Shown one piece after another: positions 20,199 through 29,831 of a stretch of 64,000 bases of DNA. Position 1 is the stretch's first letter. The number at the start of each line of letters is the position of its first letter. The notes beneath the pieces were generated by a model that was not told the DNA's origin, searched no databases, and saw nothing but the letters and a program-made list of their open reading frames with translations. The stretch is from an uncultured Chloroflexia bacterium (lineage in GTDB: Bacteria > Chloroflexota > Limnocylindria > Limnocylindrales > CSP1-4): the NCBI GenBank assembly GCA_963728635.1, contig CAVSKR010000002.1, forward strand, positions 136,140-200,139, read 5' to 3'. Made by a program: the position numbers and the translations under genes.

Positions 20199-21107
20199 CT
20201 AGCCAGGCGGCGGCTCGGGCGTCGGATCCGGCGTGGGATCCGGTGTCGGCTCGGGCGTGGGATCCGGTGTCGGCTCGGGCGTGGGCGCTGGCGTGGGATC
20301 CGGTGTCGGCTCGGGCGTGGGCGCTGGCGTGGGATCCGGTGTCGGCTCGGGCGTGGGATCCGGCGTGGGCGGTGGCGTCGGATCCGGCGTGGGCGGTGGC
20401 GTCGGATCGGGCGTGGGTGGCGGCGTCGGATCGGGCGTGGGTGGCGGGGTCGGGTCGGGCGTGGGTGGCGGGGTCGGGTCGGGCGTGGGCGTCGGAGTGG
20501 ACGTCGGCGTGGGCTGGGGGGTCGGTGCTTGCGTCGGTGGGGGCGGTGGGGTCGGCGTTGGGACGATCGTGGGCGTCGCGACCGGTGGGGTCGCCGTTGG
20601 TGTCGGCGTCGGAGTTGGGATCGGGGTAGCCGTCGGCGTCGGCGTTGGGATCGGGGTAGCTGGCGGCGTGAAACCCGGCGCTGGCGGTGGTGTCGCCATG
20701 CCGCTCGGGGTCGGCGCTGGCGGTGAGGACAAGGGCGCAGGTAGCGGACCAGTCGGTTCCGTGGCCGCTGTCGACCGTATCAATTCAACTGCGGTCACAC
20801 CGGGAGCTGGAGGTGCCAGCGTTGGAGTTGCCGGCGCGGGAGTTGCCGGCGGGAGAGTCGAAGGAGCACGCCCAGGTGTGGGTGTTTCGGGCGTGACGCC
20901 AGCGACCGGCGGGACCAAAAGCTCCGGTCCACGTCCCTCGCCGGACCATGTCGGAGCGGCGAAAACGAATGGAGCAAGGGCGATGACGACGATCAAGCCG
21001 ATGACCGTCCCGACGCCCGTCTGCGTTTCCTTCGACGGCACCGCGACGTCCCCCTTGACGTGCGACCAGTCTAAACCCGCCGGTCTTTTCTCGCGAATCG
21101 CCCCCAT
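20199..21107 (-). CDS. Membrane-anchored Pro/Thr-rich repeat protein
   Basis: ATG at 21107. One [23 protein letters not shown], then a long [10 protein letters not shown] tandem repeat. The start is uncertain, and the ORF extends to 21293. Confidence 0.45.
   Translation of the reverse strand: MGAIREKRPAGLDWSHVKGDVAVPSKETQTGVGTVIGLIVVIALAPFVFAAPTWSGEGRGPELLVPPVAGVTPETPTPGRAPSTLPPATPAPATPTLAPPAPGVTAVELIRSTAATEPTGPLPAPLSSPPAPTPSGMATPPPAPGFTPPATPIPTPTPTATPIPTPTPTPTATPPVATPTIVPTPTPPPPPTQAPTPQPTPTSTPTPTPDPTPPPTPDPTPPPTPDPTPPPTPDPTPPPTPDPTPPPTPDPTPEPTPDPTPAPTPEPTPDPTPAPTPEPTPDPTPEPTPDPTPDPTPEPPPG
20213..20500. repeat. Tandem 12/24-nt repeats (GGATCCGGYGTSGGCTCGGGCGTG units) that encode the PT repeats
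   Basis: Directly visible. The repeat produces long ORFs on both strands. Confidence 0.8.
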
Positions 21108-21156
21108 CGGGCCCGTTGATGCAACGGCGCCCGAAAGGTCTGCCAGGGTTGGCTGA

Positions 21157-21663
21157 CTAGGTGTTGGGTTCCAGCCCGAGACCGTCTCGCAGGATCCCTG
21201 CCTTATCTGCCACGACGTCTGCGGCGTCGTTGGCGGCTGCCGACAGCGAGATGACCTCTGCAAGGCTCCGGGCACGTGACGCCGCAAGCGCACGTTGCTG
21301 GAACGATTCGTCTGCCTTGATGAGCGTCGCGGCGTCGGCCTGGACTTCAGGCGGGAACGCGATCTTCTTGAGCCCCTCGATGAACTGGCCGTCGGCCCGG
21401 GCGATCAGAGCCCAGTAGCGCTGATGGTCCTCGAGTGACGTCCGACGGCCGTACTGCTCCTCCGCGTGGTCGATGGCGATGTTGTACGGGTCGGCGACAG
21501 CGGAATAGGCGGCGCGAGCCTCTTCGATCGTCAGGAACGAGCCGGAGGGCTTCGGCGTCAGGTCGGCGTGGGACGGTGACGGCCCCACGCTGGCTGGGCC
21601 GGGTAACCCGCCGCACGCGACGACTGGTATCGCGAGGAGGAGCAGCGCCAGCACTCGGCCCAT
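21157..21663 (-). CDS. Lipoprotein, hypothetical
   Basis: ATG at 21663 with AAGAGGA upstream. Signal peptide and lipobox VVAC. The upstream part of the 375-aa ORF is non-coding. Confidence 0.5.
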   Translation of the reverse strand: MGRVLALLLLAIPVVACGGLPGPASVGPSPSHADLTPKPSGSFLTIEEARAAYSAVADPYNIAIDHAEEQYGRRTSLEDHQRYWALIARADGQFIEGLKKIAFPPEVQADAATLIKADESFQQRALAASRARSLAEVISLSAAANDAADVVADKAGILRDGLGLEPNT

Positions 21664-21795
21664 TCGGATCCTCTTGTGGAGATCGAATGGCGATCTCCGG
21701 CGCTCGATCTTACGGATGTCGCCCAAGGCGTGGAATGGGGAGCATGACGTGACGTCGTCATCGAGTCGCCACAGTCCGGTCATATCCTGTGATCC

Positions 21796-22209
21796 ATGAG
21801 TGATACCAAGGCCCCGTCCCCAACCATCAAGTCCGATGCCGAATGGCGTGCGGAGCTCACGCCCGAGCAGTACAGGGTCCTTCGTCAGAAGGGCACCGAG
21901 CGCGCATTCACCGGTGAACTCTGGGATGAGCATCGAGCAGGCGTGTACCGCTGTGCGGGCTGCGATGCCGAGCTCTTCGCCTCCGAGACGAAGTTCGAGT
22001 CTGGCACCGGCTGGCCGAGCTTCTTCGCACCGGCAGATCCCGCGGCGGTCGCGACCGAGACCGATCGCAGCCTCTTCATGACTCGCACCGAGGCCATGTG
22101 CGCTTCCTGCGGAGGGCACCTCGGCCACGTCTTCGACGATGGACCGGATCCGACTGGCCTTCGGTACTGCATCAACTCCGCGGCGCTTAAGCTCGAGCCC
22201 AAGAGCTGA
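21796..22209 (+). CDS. msrB: Peptide-methionine (R)-S-oxide reductase
   Basis: Two CxxC zinc-site motifs and catalytic RYCINSAAL; 137 aa. Confidence 0.9.
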   Translation: MSDTKAPSPTIKSDAEWRAELTPEQYRVLRQKGTERAFTGELWDEHRAGVYRCAGCDAELFASETKFESGTGWPSFFAPADPAAVATETDRSLFMTRTEAMCASCGGHLGHVFDDGPDPTGLRYCINSAALKLEPKS

Positions 22210-22448
22210 AGCTCGCCGCGATCGCCCTAACGCGTCGCGTACCCGGACCGTTGTCATCAAGTGGGGCCCTCGGAGCACACCCACATCGTCCCCCCGGCGG
22301 TGTCAGGTCGCTTCAGGGGTCCCGCTCGTCTCCGTTCCGGTGCCGCGTGGCACCAAGATGACCGCGTCCCCGGCCCCTAACATGACCATCGAGCCTCTGT
22401 AGGCAAGACCGATGGGTCTGGCGGGCGTTCGTCGCTGCCTCCAGACTC

Positions 22449-22730
22449 GTGGCCATGCGCCATCGAGTCGTTGCCGCGACCGTCGCCGCCGCCTTTCCCG
22501 ATGAGCGCGCGGCCAGCTACGCCGTGAAGCTGATCACCTCGTCGCCCGAGATCGACGTGCGGTTCACCCTCCGCCGCGTCCTCAGCGAACGCGACGAGGT
22601 CCAGATGGTCATCCTCGAGGCGTCCCTCACCGATCCGCGGCAGGCGGATCGGGTCGAGACGTGTATGGCCGGGGCCCACGGATCGATCATCCCGGCCGAG
22701 ATCGTGGCGCAGGCCGCCCGCGCGAGCTAG
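22449..22730 (+). CDS. Hypothetical small protein
   Basis: 93-aa ORF with plausible composition and no recognised family. Confidence 0.3.
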   Translation: MAMRHRVVAATVAAAFPDERAASYAVKLITSSPEIDVRFTLRRVLSERDEVQMVILEASLTDPRQADRVETCMAGAHGSIIPAEIVAQAARAS

Positions 22731-22772
22731 CCAGGCTCGATCCGCCCCGCGCCTCCCCAGGGCCGATGAAGG

Positions 22773-23342
22773 CTAGGCGGTCGCCACCCGTTGGTGGATA
22801 CCCCGCAATCGCCAGCCGAGCATGATCATCAGGATCCCGAAGGCGATGGCGAAGCCACCGATGATCCACACGATCGTGAGTGCGCCGGCCACCGGGAACA
22901 GGAACAGGAGCACGCCGAAGACGATCGAGAGCACGCCGGCGATCGCCAGCCACAGCTCACCGGTGATCTGCTCGCGGAGCCTGATCGCCAGGAAGATCTC
23001 GATGACGCCGGTGACGATCGACCAGGCCGAGATGAGCAGGAGCAGGGCACCGGCTGCCGCCTCTGGGAATGCCAGGGCGAGGACGCCTGCGATGATGCTC
23101 ACGAGGCCTCCGAGCACCGTGAGCCACCACGACCGATCCATGGTCCGGTGCTGTATCGCCGCCACGATGTCGAAAACCCCGTCGACCAGCGCCCAGGCGC
23201 CGAACAGCAGGACCAGCGCCGCGATCGTCGCCGGGGGCGAGATGAACGCGATGACCCCGAAGAGGATGGCGAGCACCCCGCGCAGGATGAATGTCCACCA
23301 CCAGCGCGAAAGTTCCGCCGTGGTGGCGATGCCGACGGTCAT
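22773..23342 (-). CDS. HdeD-family (DUF308) acid-resistance membrane protein
   Basis: Six TM helices built from repeated HdeD-like units. Start taken at Met19 of the ORF. Confidence 0.65.
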   Translation of the reverse strand: MTVGIATTAELSRWWWTFILRGVLAILFGVIAFISPPATIAALVLLFGAWALVDGVFDIVAAIQHRTMDRSWWLTVLGGLVSIIAGVLALAFPEAAAGALLLLISAWSIVTGVIEIFLAIRLREQITGELWLAIAGVLSIVFGVLLFLFPVAGALTIVWIIGGFAIAFGILMIMLGWRLRGIHQRVATA

Positions 23343-23446
23343 TGCATGGATCTCCTCACTCCCCCAGCAGCAGGGTCGCGCGCCACCCGCTTGCAAATGC
23401 TACGCGGCGTGTCACACGCCGCCGTCGGTGGCACCATCCGGGCGAG

Positions 23447-23896
23447 ATGACTGCCGCTGGATCCACCGCCGAACCCAACGTCCAGCGCTATCCGATCGAG
23501 CTCAGCCGCCGATCACGCCCGCTGCTTCGCGTCCTCTTCGGTGTCCGACCCGAGCGCGCCTACGTCGACCTCGGGGAAGACCTCGAGGCGCGGTTCGGCT
23601 TCGGGCATCTGCGAACGCCGCTGAGCAACGTCGTGTCGTGGCGGATCGAAGGCCCGTGGCTGTGGATCACCGCGATCGGCATCCGGCGCAGCGTCCGCCA
23701 CGCCGACTTCACGTTCGCCGGCACCAATCGTGGTGGCGTCCGCCTGGACTTCCGCGAGCCGGTCCGCGCGATGGGGTTCCGTGTCCCTGCCCTGTACGTG
23801 ACGGTCGAGGATCCCACGGCGTTCACGGCTGCGTTGACAGCTCGCGGCATCGCCGGGCAGGACGCCCGGCATGCGCCAGGAAGACGTTCCGCCTAG
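23447..23896 (+). CDS. Hypothetical protein
   Basis: The internal Met of the 23291 ORF gives a 149-aa product. No family recognised. Confidence 0.3.
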   Translation: MTAAGSTAEPNVQRYPIELSRRSRPLLRVLFGVRPERAYVDLGEDLEARFGFGHLRTPLSNVVSWRIEGPWLWITAIGIRRSVRHADFTFAGTNRGGVRLDFREPVRAMGFRVPALYVTVEDPTAFTAALTARGIAGQDARHAPGRRSA

Positions 23897-23961
23897 GCGT
23901 CCAGCGCCCGATGCGCAACGGCCAATCGGCGCCGCTGGCGCGGCGCTAGCATCGCCGCCAC

Positions 23962-25647
23962 ATGGCCCGGCAATTCGACTACATCATCGTCGGCGGTGGA
24001 TCGGCGGGTTCGGTGCTCGCCAACCGCCTGACCGAGGATCCGCAGACGCGCGTGCTCGTACTCGAGGCCGGGCGCTCGGACTGGCGAATCGATCCGTTCA
24101 TCCATATGCCGGCGGCGCTCACGTTTCCGATCGGTAGCCGGTTCTACGACTGGCGCTACGAGTCGGAGCCCGAGCCGTTCATGCACGGCCGTCGGATCTT
24201 TCACGCCCGCGGCAAGGTCCTCGGGGGCAGCAGCAGCATCAACGGCCAGATCTTCCAGCGTGGCAACCCCCTGGACTACGAGCGCTGGGCGGCCGACCCG
24301 GGCATGGAGACGTGGGACTACGCCCATTGCCTGCCGTACTTCAAGAAGATGGAGACCGCGCTCGCCGCCGATCCGGACGATCCGTGGCGCGGTCATCACG
24401 GTCCGCTCGTCCTGGAGCGCGGACCGGCCACGAACCCGTTGTTCGGGGCGTTCTTTCAGGCCGCGCAGGAAGCCGGCTACCCGCGGACCGACGACGTCAA
24501 CGGCTACCGGCAGGAAGGGTTCGCCGCGTTCGATCGGAACATCCATCGCGGTCGACGCCTGAGCGCGGCGCGCGCGTACCTCCACCCGATCATGCGCAGG
24601 CGCGGAAACCTCTCCGTCTGGACACAGAGGTTCGTCACGGGGGTGGTGTTCAGGGGCTCGCGTGCGGTCGGGGTCGATGTTGCCCGTGGCATGGGTGGAC
24701 GCGGCGGGGTCGAGCGCTTGACGGCCGGCGAGGTCATCCTCGCAGGCGGCGCGATCAACAGCCCGCAGATGCTGCTCCTCTCCGGGATCGGCGCGGCGGA
24801 CGATCTCGACGCGCTCGGCATCCCGGTGGTCGCCGATCGAGCCGGCGTCGGTCGCAACCTCCAGGACCACCTCGAGGTCTACGTCCAGCACCAGAGTCGC
24901 CAGCCGGTGTCGATGCAGCCGTCGGCCACGGAGCTGTGGCGACGACCGTTCATCGGGGCGCAGTGGCTCTTCCTGCGCTCGGGCCCAGGAGCGACGAACC
25001 ATTTCGAGGGCGGCGGCTTCGTCCGTTCGAACGACGATGTCGCCTACCCGAACCTCATGTTCCACTTCCTGCCGCTCGCGATCCGCTACGACGGCTCGGC
25101 GGGAGCGAAGGGGCACGGCTATCAGGTCCACGTTGGACCGATGTATTCGGACGCGCGCGGGACGCTGACCCTGAGGAGCACCGATCCACGCGAGCATCCC
25201 GCCCTCCGGTTCAACTACCTCTCGACCGATCAGGACAGGCGCGAGTGGGTCGAGGCCATCCGTGTCGCCCGCTCGATCCTGGGGCGGCCGGCGATGGCCG
25301 AGTACGACGGCGGCGAGACGTCACCCGGACCGTCGGTCGAGACCGACGAGCAGATCCTCGACTGGGTGGCGCGTGACGCGGAGACCGCGCTGCATCCGTC
25401 GTGCACGGTGCGGATGGGTGTCGACGATGAGTCCGTCCTGGATCCGCTGACCTTGCGTGTCCACGGCGTCGACGGACTGCGCGTCGTCGATGCATCGGCG
25501 ATGCCGTACGTCACGAACGCCAACATCTACGCCCCGGTGATGATGCTGGCCGAGAAGGCGGCCGATCTCATCGCGGGCAACACGCCGTCGCCCGCGGAGC
25601 CGCTGCCCTTCTATCGCCACGCAGTGTCGGACCCGCCGACGGTCTGA
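23962..25647 (+). CDS. GMC-family oxidoreductase (choline dehydrogenase-like)
   Basis: N-terminal FAD-binding motif [17 protein letters not shown], a GGSSSINGQ motif, and the C-terminal GMC signature. Confidence 0.85.
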   Translation: MARQFDYIIVGGGSAGSVLANRLTEDPQTRVLVLEAGRSDWRIDPFIHMPAALTFPIGSRFYDWRYESEPEPFMHGRRIFHARGKVLGGSSSINGQIFQRGNPLDYERWAADPGMETWDYAHCLPYFKKMETALAADPDDPWRGHHGPLVLERGPATNPLFGAFFQAAQEAGYPRTDDVNGYRQEGFAAFDRNIHRGRRLSAARAYLHPIMRRRGNLSVWTQRFVTGVVFRGSRAVGVDVARGMGGRGGVERLTAGEVILAGGAINSPQMLLLSGIGAADDLDALGIPVVADRAGVGRNLQDHLEVYVQHQSRQPVSMQPSATELWRRPFIGAQWLFLRSGPGATNHFEGGGFVRSNDDVAYPNLMFHFLPLAIRYDGSAGAKGHGYQVHVGPMYSDARGTLTLRSTDPREHPALRFNYLSTDQDRREWVEAIRVARSILGRPAMAEYDGGETSPGPSVETDEQILDWVARDAETALHPSCTVRMGVDDESVLDPLTLRVHGVDGLRVVDASAMPYVTNANIYAPVMMLAEKAADLIAGNTPSPAEPLPFYRHAVSDPPTV

Positions 25648-25666
25648 AGGGTCGTCGCCGGGCAGC

Positions 25667-26716
25667 CTACGTCTCGCGGGGGATGGCCGAGCGCCGCACC
25701 ACGAGCCGCGGCGTCAGCACGACGTCTGCCACCTCGGATCGATGGCGCCCGTTGTCGATCATGTCGAACAGCAGCTCGGCCGCGACCCGACCCATCTCGA
25801 GGCCGCCCTGGCTGATCGTCGTCAGCGGCGGGATGGTGAAGGCGGCCACGTCGATGTCGTCGAAACCGATGATCGACAGGTCCTCCGGGATCCGGATCCC
25901 GACCTCGTACGCGGCCTGCATCAGGCCGATCGCGGACGTGTCCGACGTCGCGTAGATCGCCGTCGGATGGCCGTCCGTCCAGTCCGCGAACATCCGACGC
26001 CCGAGCTCGAGCGCCGGCCCGGGATCCTGGTCGGTGATGAACACGCCGATCCGGTCGGCCAGACCGCGCTCTTTCATGAATCGCTCATAGAGGTCGATCC
26101 GCTGGCGGCCGTCGTAGGTCCGGTTGTCGGACACGCAATGGATCCAGCGGTGGCCAAGCTCCCACAGATGGTCCATGGCGAGCTGTGTCCCCCGGATGCC
26201 ATCGGAGTAGACACCCGGGATCTGGCGACGGGTCGTCCGGTCCGTGACGCCGATCACATAACGGTGCTGCTGCGCCAGCTGGTCGAGCGTGTCGTCGCCA
26301 CCGTCGATGTCGCCGATGACGATGATCCCGTCAGCGTGCGAGCTCTCGAACATCGAGCTGTATGAGAGCGCGACGTCCGGCCGGTAGTCGACGTGCCCGA
26401 GGAAGAGGCGATAGTCGCGCATCCGGGAGGCATCGTTGATGCCGCGCAGGATCTGGATGTGGAACGGGTCGGAGATGTCGCGGGCGATCACGCCCAGCAG
26501 TGAGCTGCGGCTGCCGCGCAGGCCCCGTGCGAGCAGGTTGGGCTTGTAGCCAAGCTCGGCGGCGACAGCGAGCACCCGCTGGCGCGTCTCCTCGCGGATG
26601 GGAACGCCCGATTCCCGCCCGTTCAGGATGCGCGACACGGTCGTGATGGAGACCCCGGAGCCGTGCGCGACGTCGCGCAGCGTCACCGTCGCTGGGCCGG
26701 ATCTGGGTGTCTCCAC
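25667..26716 (-). CDS. LacI-family transcriptional regulator
   Basis: GTG at 26716 after GGGAGG. HTH VTLRDVAHGSGVSITTVSRILNG followed by a periplasmic-binding-like effector domain. Confidence 0.8.
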   Translation of the reverse strand: METPRSGPATVTLRDVAHGSGVSITTVSRILNGRESGVPIREETRQRVLAVAAELGYKPNLLARGLRGSRSSLLGVIARDISDPFHIQILRGINDASRMRDYRLFLGHVDYRPDVALSYSSMFESSHADGIIVIGDIDGGDDTLDQLAQQHRYVIGVTDRTTRRQIPGVYSDGIRGTQLAMDHLWELGHRWIHCVSDNRTYDGRQRIDLYERFMKERGLADRIGVFITDQDPGPALELGRRMFADWTDGHPTAIYATSDTSAIGLMQAAYEVGIRIPEDLSIIGFDDIDVAAFTIPPLTTISQGGLEMGRVAAELLFDMIDNGRHRSEVADVVLTPRLVVRRSAIPRET

Positions 26717-26775
26717 CTGGGCTGCTGCCTCCCGGGAACCCTCTTGACTCGCCGTTCGGCCGGAGTATATCCTCC

Positions 26776-26835
26776 GCACGCTTAGCGTCAAGCGCAAACG
26801 TTAAGCGCAATCGATGAGCCTAAGCGTTAAGCCAG
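26776..26835. promoter_or_regulatory. Operator-like TTAAGCG/TAAGCG repeats with an AACGTT core in the LacI/SDR divergent region
   Basis: TTAGCG, TCAAGCG, AAACGTTAAGCG, CTAAGCG and TTAAGCC occur within 60 bp. Confidence 0.25.
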
Positions 26836-26870
26836 CGCCAGACGACGAAAAAGGTCCGAGAGGTGCAACG

Positions 26871-27641
26871 GTGCCGAACTACCCCAGCTTCGCGCTCACC
26901 GGGCAGGTCGCCCTCGTCACCGGCGCCGCCCGTGGACTGGGCCGCGCGATCGCCCTGGCGCTCGCCGATGCCGGGGCCGATGTCGCGCTCGGCCTGCGTC
27001 AAGCGGGCACGGCCGACGACCTCGTCCGCCAGATCGAGTCGATGGGTCGGCAGGCACTCACCGTCGAGCTGGACGTGACCAACCTGTCCCAGATCGGGCC
27101 CGCCGTCGACGCCGTCGTCGAGCGCTTCGGCCGACTGGACATCCTCGTGAACAACGCGGGCCTCGGACCGAGCAACCTCGCCGAGGACGTCACCGAAGCC
27201 GATTTCGACCTCACGATGGACGTCAACGTCAAGGGCCTGTTCTTCACGAGCCAGGCAGCGGGGCGGGTGATGATCCGCCAGGGCTCCGGACGGATCGTCA
27301 ACCTCAGCTCGCAGGCGGGCTTCATCGCCCTGCCGACCGAAGCCATCTACTGCGCCTCGAAGGCGGCCGTCGCGCACCTCACGAAGTGCCTGGCCGTGGA
27401 GTGGGGCATCCACGGCATCACGGTCAACGCCGTTGCGCCGACCTTCATCCGCACCGACGGCACCGCCGAGGCGCTGGCCGATCCGGACTTCGAGGCCGAC
27501 GTCCGCGAGCGGATCGCCGCCCTCCATCGCATCGGTGAGCCCATGGACGTCGCCGGCGGCGTGGTCTTCCTGGCGTCGCCGGCAGCCAGCCTGATCACGG
27601 GCGCGACGCTCCTCATCGACGGCGGATGGACGGCCCGTTGA
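26871..27641 (+). CDS. SDR-family oxidoreductase
   Basis: TGAARGLG, NNAG and YCASKAA motifs. GTG at 26871 after AGAGG. Confidence 0.8.
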   Translation: MPNYPSFALTGQVALVTGAARGLGRAIALALADAGADVALGLRQAGTADDLVRQIESMGRQALTVELDVTNLSQIGPAVDAVVERFGRLDILVNNAGLGPSNLAEDVTEADFDLTMDVNVKGLFFTSQAAGRVMIRQGSGRIVNLSSQAGFIALPTEAIYCASKAAVAHLTKCLAVEWGIHGITVNAVAPTFIRTDGTAEALADPDFEADVRERIAALHRIGEPMDVAGGVVFLASPAASLITGATLLIDGGWTAR

Positions 27642-28678
27642 GCGATGGGCCGGACATGACCGACGCCCGACCGGCGACGTCCGATGCGGTCGAGCCGGGT
27701 ACACGGCTCGACCGGTCGCGCCGGGCCCGCGAGCGTGCGGCCCGTCTGCTGCGCGGCAGCGGGATCCTGCTCGCGTTCGTCGTGTTGATCGTCCTGGGCG
27801 CGCTCCAGTCCGAGCATTTCCTCACCTTCGAGAACTTCTCGAACGTCGCACGCCAGGCGTCGATCGCTGGGATCCTCGGGATCGGGATGACGTTCGTGAT
27901 CCTGACTGCCGGCATCGATCTGTCTGTCGGCTCGATCCTCGGGATCGTTGCGATCGGCTATGCCTCGATGCTCGCCGGCGGCGTCCCGTGGCCGCTGGCC
28001 GTCGCCCTCGCGCTCGTCTTCGGCGCGCTGGTCGGAGCGCTCAACGGATTGGGCATCACGCGGGGCGGCATCCAGCCTTTCATCATGACCCTGGGGATGC
28101 TCGTCATCGCCCGGGGCGTGACGCTCACGTACTCGGATGCCAAGCCCATCAGGGCCGGCGCCGCGGCGGCGGACATCTCGTGGATCGGGACCGGTTCGTT
28201 CCTCGGGCTGCCGGTCGCGTTCCTGCTGTTCATGGGCATCGCCGCGCTAGCCTGGTTCACGCTCAAGTACACGACATTCGGCCGGCAGATCTACGCGGTC
28301 GGCGACAACCTCGAGGCGGCGCGCCTGTCCGGGATCCCGACGCGGCGCGTGATCTTCAGCGTGTATGTGATCAGCGGCCTGTGCGCCGCGGTGTCGGCAC
28401 TGATCGTCGTCGCTCGCCTGGGCGCCGCGGAGGCGACGCAGGGCGAGGGCTTCGAGCTCGATGCGATCGCCATCGTGGTCATCGGCGGGACCAGCCTGTT
28501 CGGCGGCTCCGGCGGGATCGGCGGGACGCTGGTCGGGGCCGGGATCGTCGCCGCGGTCAACAACCTGCTCAACCTGCTTGGCGTGCCGCCGTTCTCGCAG
28601 CGCATCGCCAAGGGCCTGATCATCCTCGGCGCCGTCCTCCTGGAGCGGCGGACGAGAGGCCAGGAGGAAGGCAGGTGA
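27626..28678 (+). CDS. Sugar ABC transporter permease (RbsC-like)
   Basis: 350 aa, about 10 TM helices, ribose/xylose permease family. Confidence 0.8.
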   Translation: MDGPLSDGPDMTDARPATSDAVEPGTRLDRSRRARERAARLLRGSGILLAFVVLIVLGALQSEHFLTFENFSNVARQASIAGILGIGMTFVILTAGIDLSVGSILGIVAIGYASMLAGGVPWPLAVALALVFGALVGALNGLGITRGGIQPFIMTLGMLVIARGVTLTYSDAKPIRAGAAAADISWIGTGSFLGLPVAFLLFMGIAALAWFTLKYTTFGRQIYAVGDNLEAARLSGIPTRRVIFSVYVISGLCAAVSALIVVARLGAAEATQGEGFELDAIAIVVIGGTSLFGGSGGIGGTLVGAGIVAAVNNLLNLLGVPPFSQRIAKGLIILGAVLLERRTRGQEEGR

Positions 28679-28800
28679 GCCCTTGATCGAGGGAGGTCGA
28701 TCTGGGGTCGGCGCTCGCCGTCAGAGCGGCCGGACCCGGCGACGGGATCCAGGCAGGGAGAGAAAAGTCCGGAATGGAACGAGGTTGGAGGACCCAACGG

Positions 28801-29751
28801 ATGGCATGGAAGCGATTTCTCGGGACAGCCGCCGTCATCGCGATCGTCGCGGTGCTCGGCGCTTGCTCGGCGGCAACGCCGGGTGGCGGATCACAGAAGC
28901 AGGTGATCGGCTTCTCCCAGGCGAACGGCGGCGACGAATGGCGCACCAACCAGAACAAGAAGGTCGCCGAGAACTGCAACCCGGTCGCGCAGACGCTCGT
29001 GTCGGACGCGCTCGGTGACGACGCGGTGCAGTCGAGCCACGTCGACGAATTCGTGAGCCGGCCGGTCAGCGTGCTGCTCCTCACGCCGAACACGGCGGCC
29101 GGTCTGACCGAGGCCGCCAAGCGGGCCCTCGACAAGAAGGTCCCGGTCATCACGCTCGACCGCAGCGTCGACGTCGAAGTCACCCAGCACATCGGCGCCG
29201 ACAACAAGCTCATCGGCAAGACCGCGGCGGAGTATGTCAGCAAGACGATCCTCGGCGGCAACGGCGGCAAGGTCATCGAGATCCAGGGCACCGCCGGTGC
29301 ATCGGCCACGACCGACCGCCACGACGAGTTCGTGAACTGGCTGTCGGCCAACGACCCGAAGGTCGAGATCGTCGACAGCGTCGTCGCCGACTACAAGCGC
29401 GAGAACGCGCTGACCGCGATGAACGACCTGCTCCAGAAGTACGGACCCAACGAGGTCCAGGTGATCTACACCCACAACGACGCGATGGCGCTCGGCGTCG
29501 TCGCGGCCCTGAAGACCGCCAACCGACTCGACGAGTTCAAGGTCGTCGGCATCGACGGCCAGAACGAGGCGATCCAGGCGATCAAGGATGGCGAGATCGT
29601 CGTGACCTTCACGTACGACAACGCCGGCATCGAAGCCTGCCAGACGGCCGCCAAGCTCCTCAAGGGCGAGACGGTCGAGAAGACATGGGTCCTGCCGACC
29701 AATACGATCGACGCCGCGAACGTCGACGAGTGGCTCGGCAAGGGCTTCTAG
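28801..29751 (+). CDS. Sugar ABC transporter substrate-binding lipoprotein
   Basis: ATG at 28801 after GGAGG. Signal and lipobox LGAC, with a periplasmic binding fold. Confidence 0.8.
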   Translation: MAWKRFLGTAAVIAIVAVLGACSAATPGGGSQKQVIGFSQANGGDEWRTNQNKKVAENCNPVAQTLVSDALGDDAVQSSHVDEFVSRPVSVLLLTPNTAAGLTEAAKRALDKKVPVITLDRSVDVEVTQHIGADNKLIGKTAAEYVSKTILGGNGGKVIEIQGTAGASATTDRHDEFVNWLSANDPKVEIVDSVVADYKRENALTAMNDLLQKYGPNEVQVIYTHNDAMALGVVAALKTANRLDEFKVVGIDGQNEAIQAIKDGEIVVTFTYDNAGIEACQTAAKLLKGETVEKTWVLPTNTIDAANVDEWLGKGF

Positions 29752-29831
29752 CTCAACCCGGTCCCCGGACCGGTTAAGCCGGGGACGCGGCCAGTCTCCT
29801 CCGCCGCGTCCCCGACACAGCTGCGAGACCG

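Noticed and set aside
20213-20500. Possible CRISPR array, suggested by regular short repeats
   Set aside because: The repeats are 12/24-nt, contiguous, and have no unique spacers. They are in-frame coding repeats for a PT-rich protein.
22210-22448. Possible riboswitch or structured RNA between msrB and the 93-aa ORF
   Set aside because: There is only a simple GGTGCC-GCGT-GGCACC hairpin and no recognisable riboswitch core. Evidence is insufficient.
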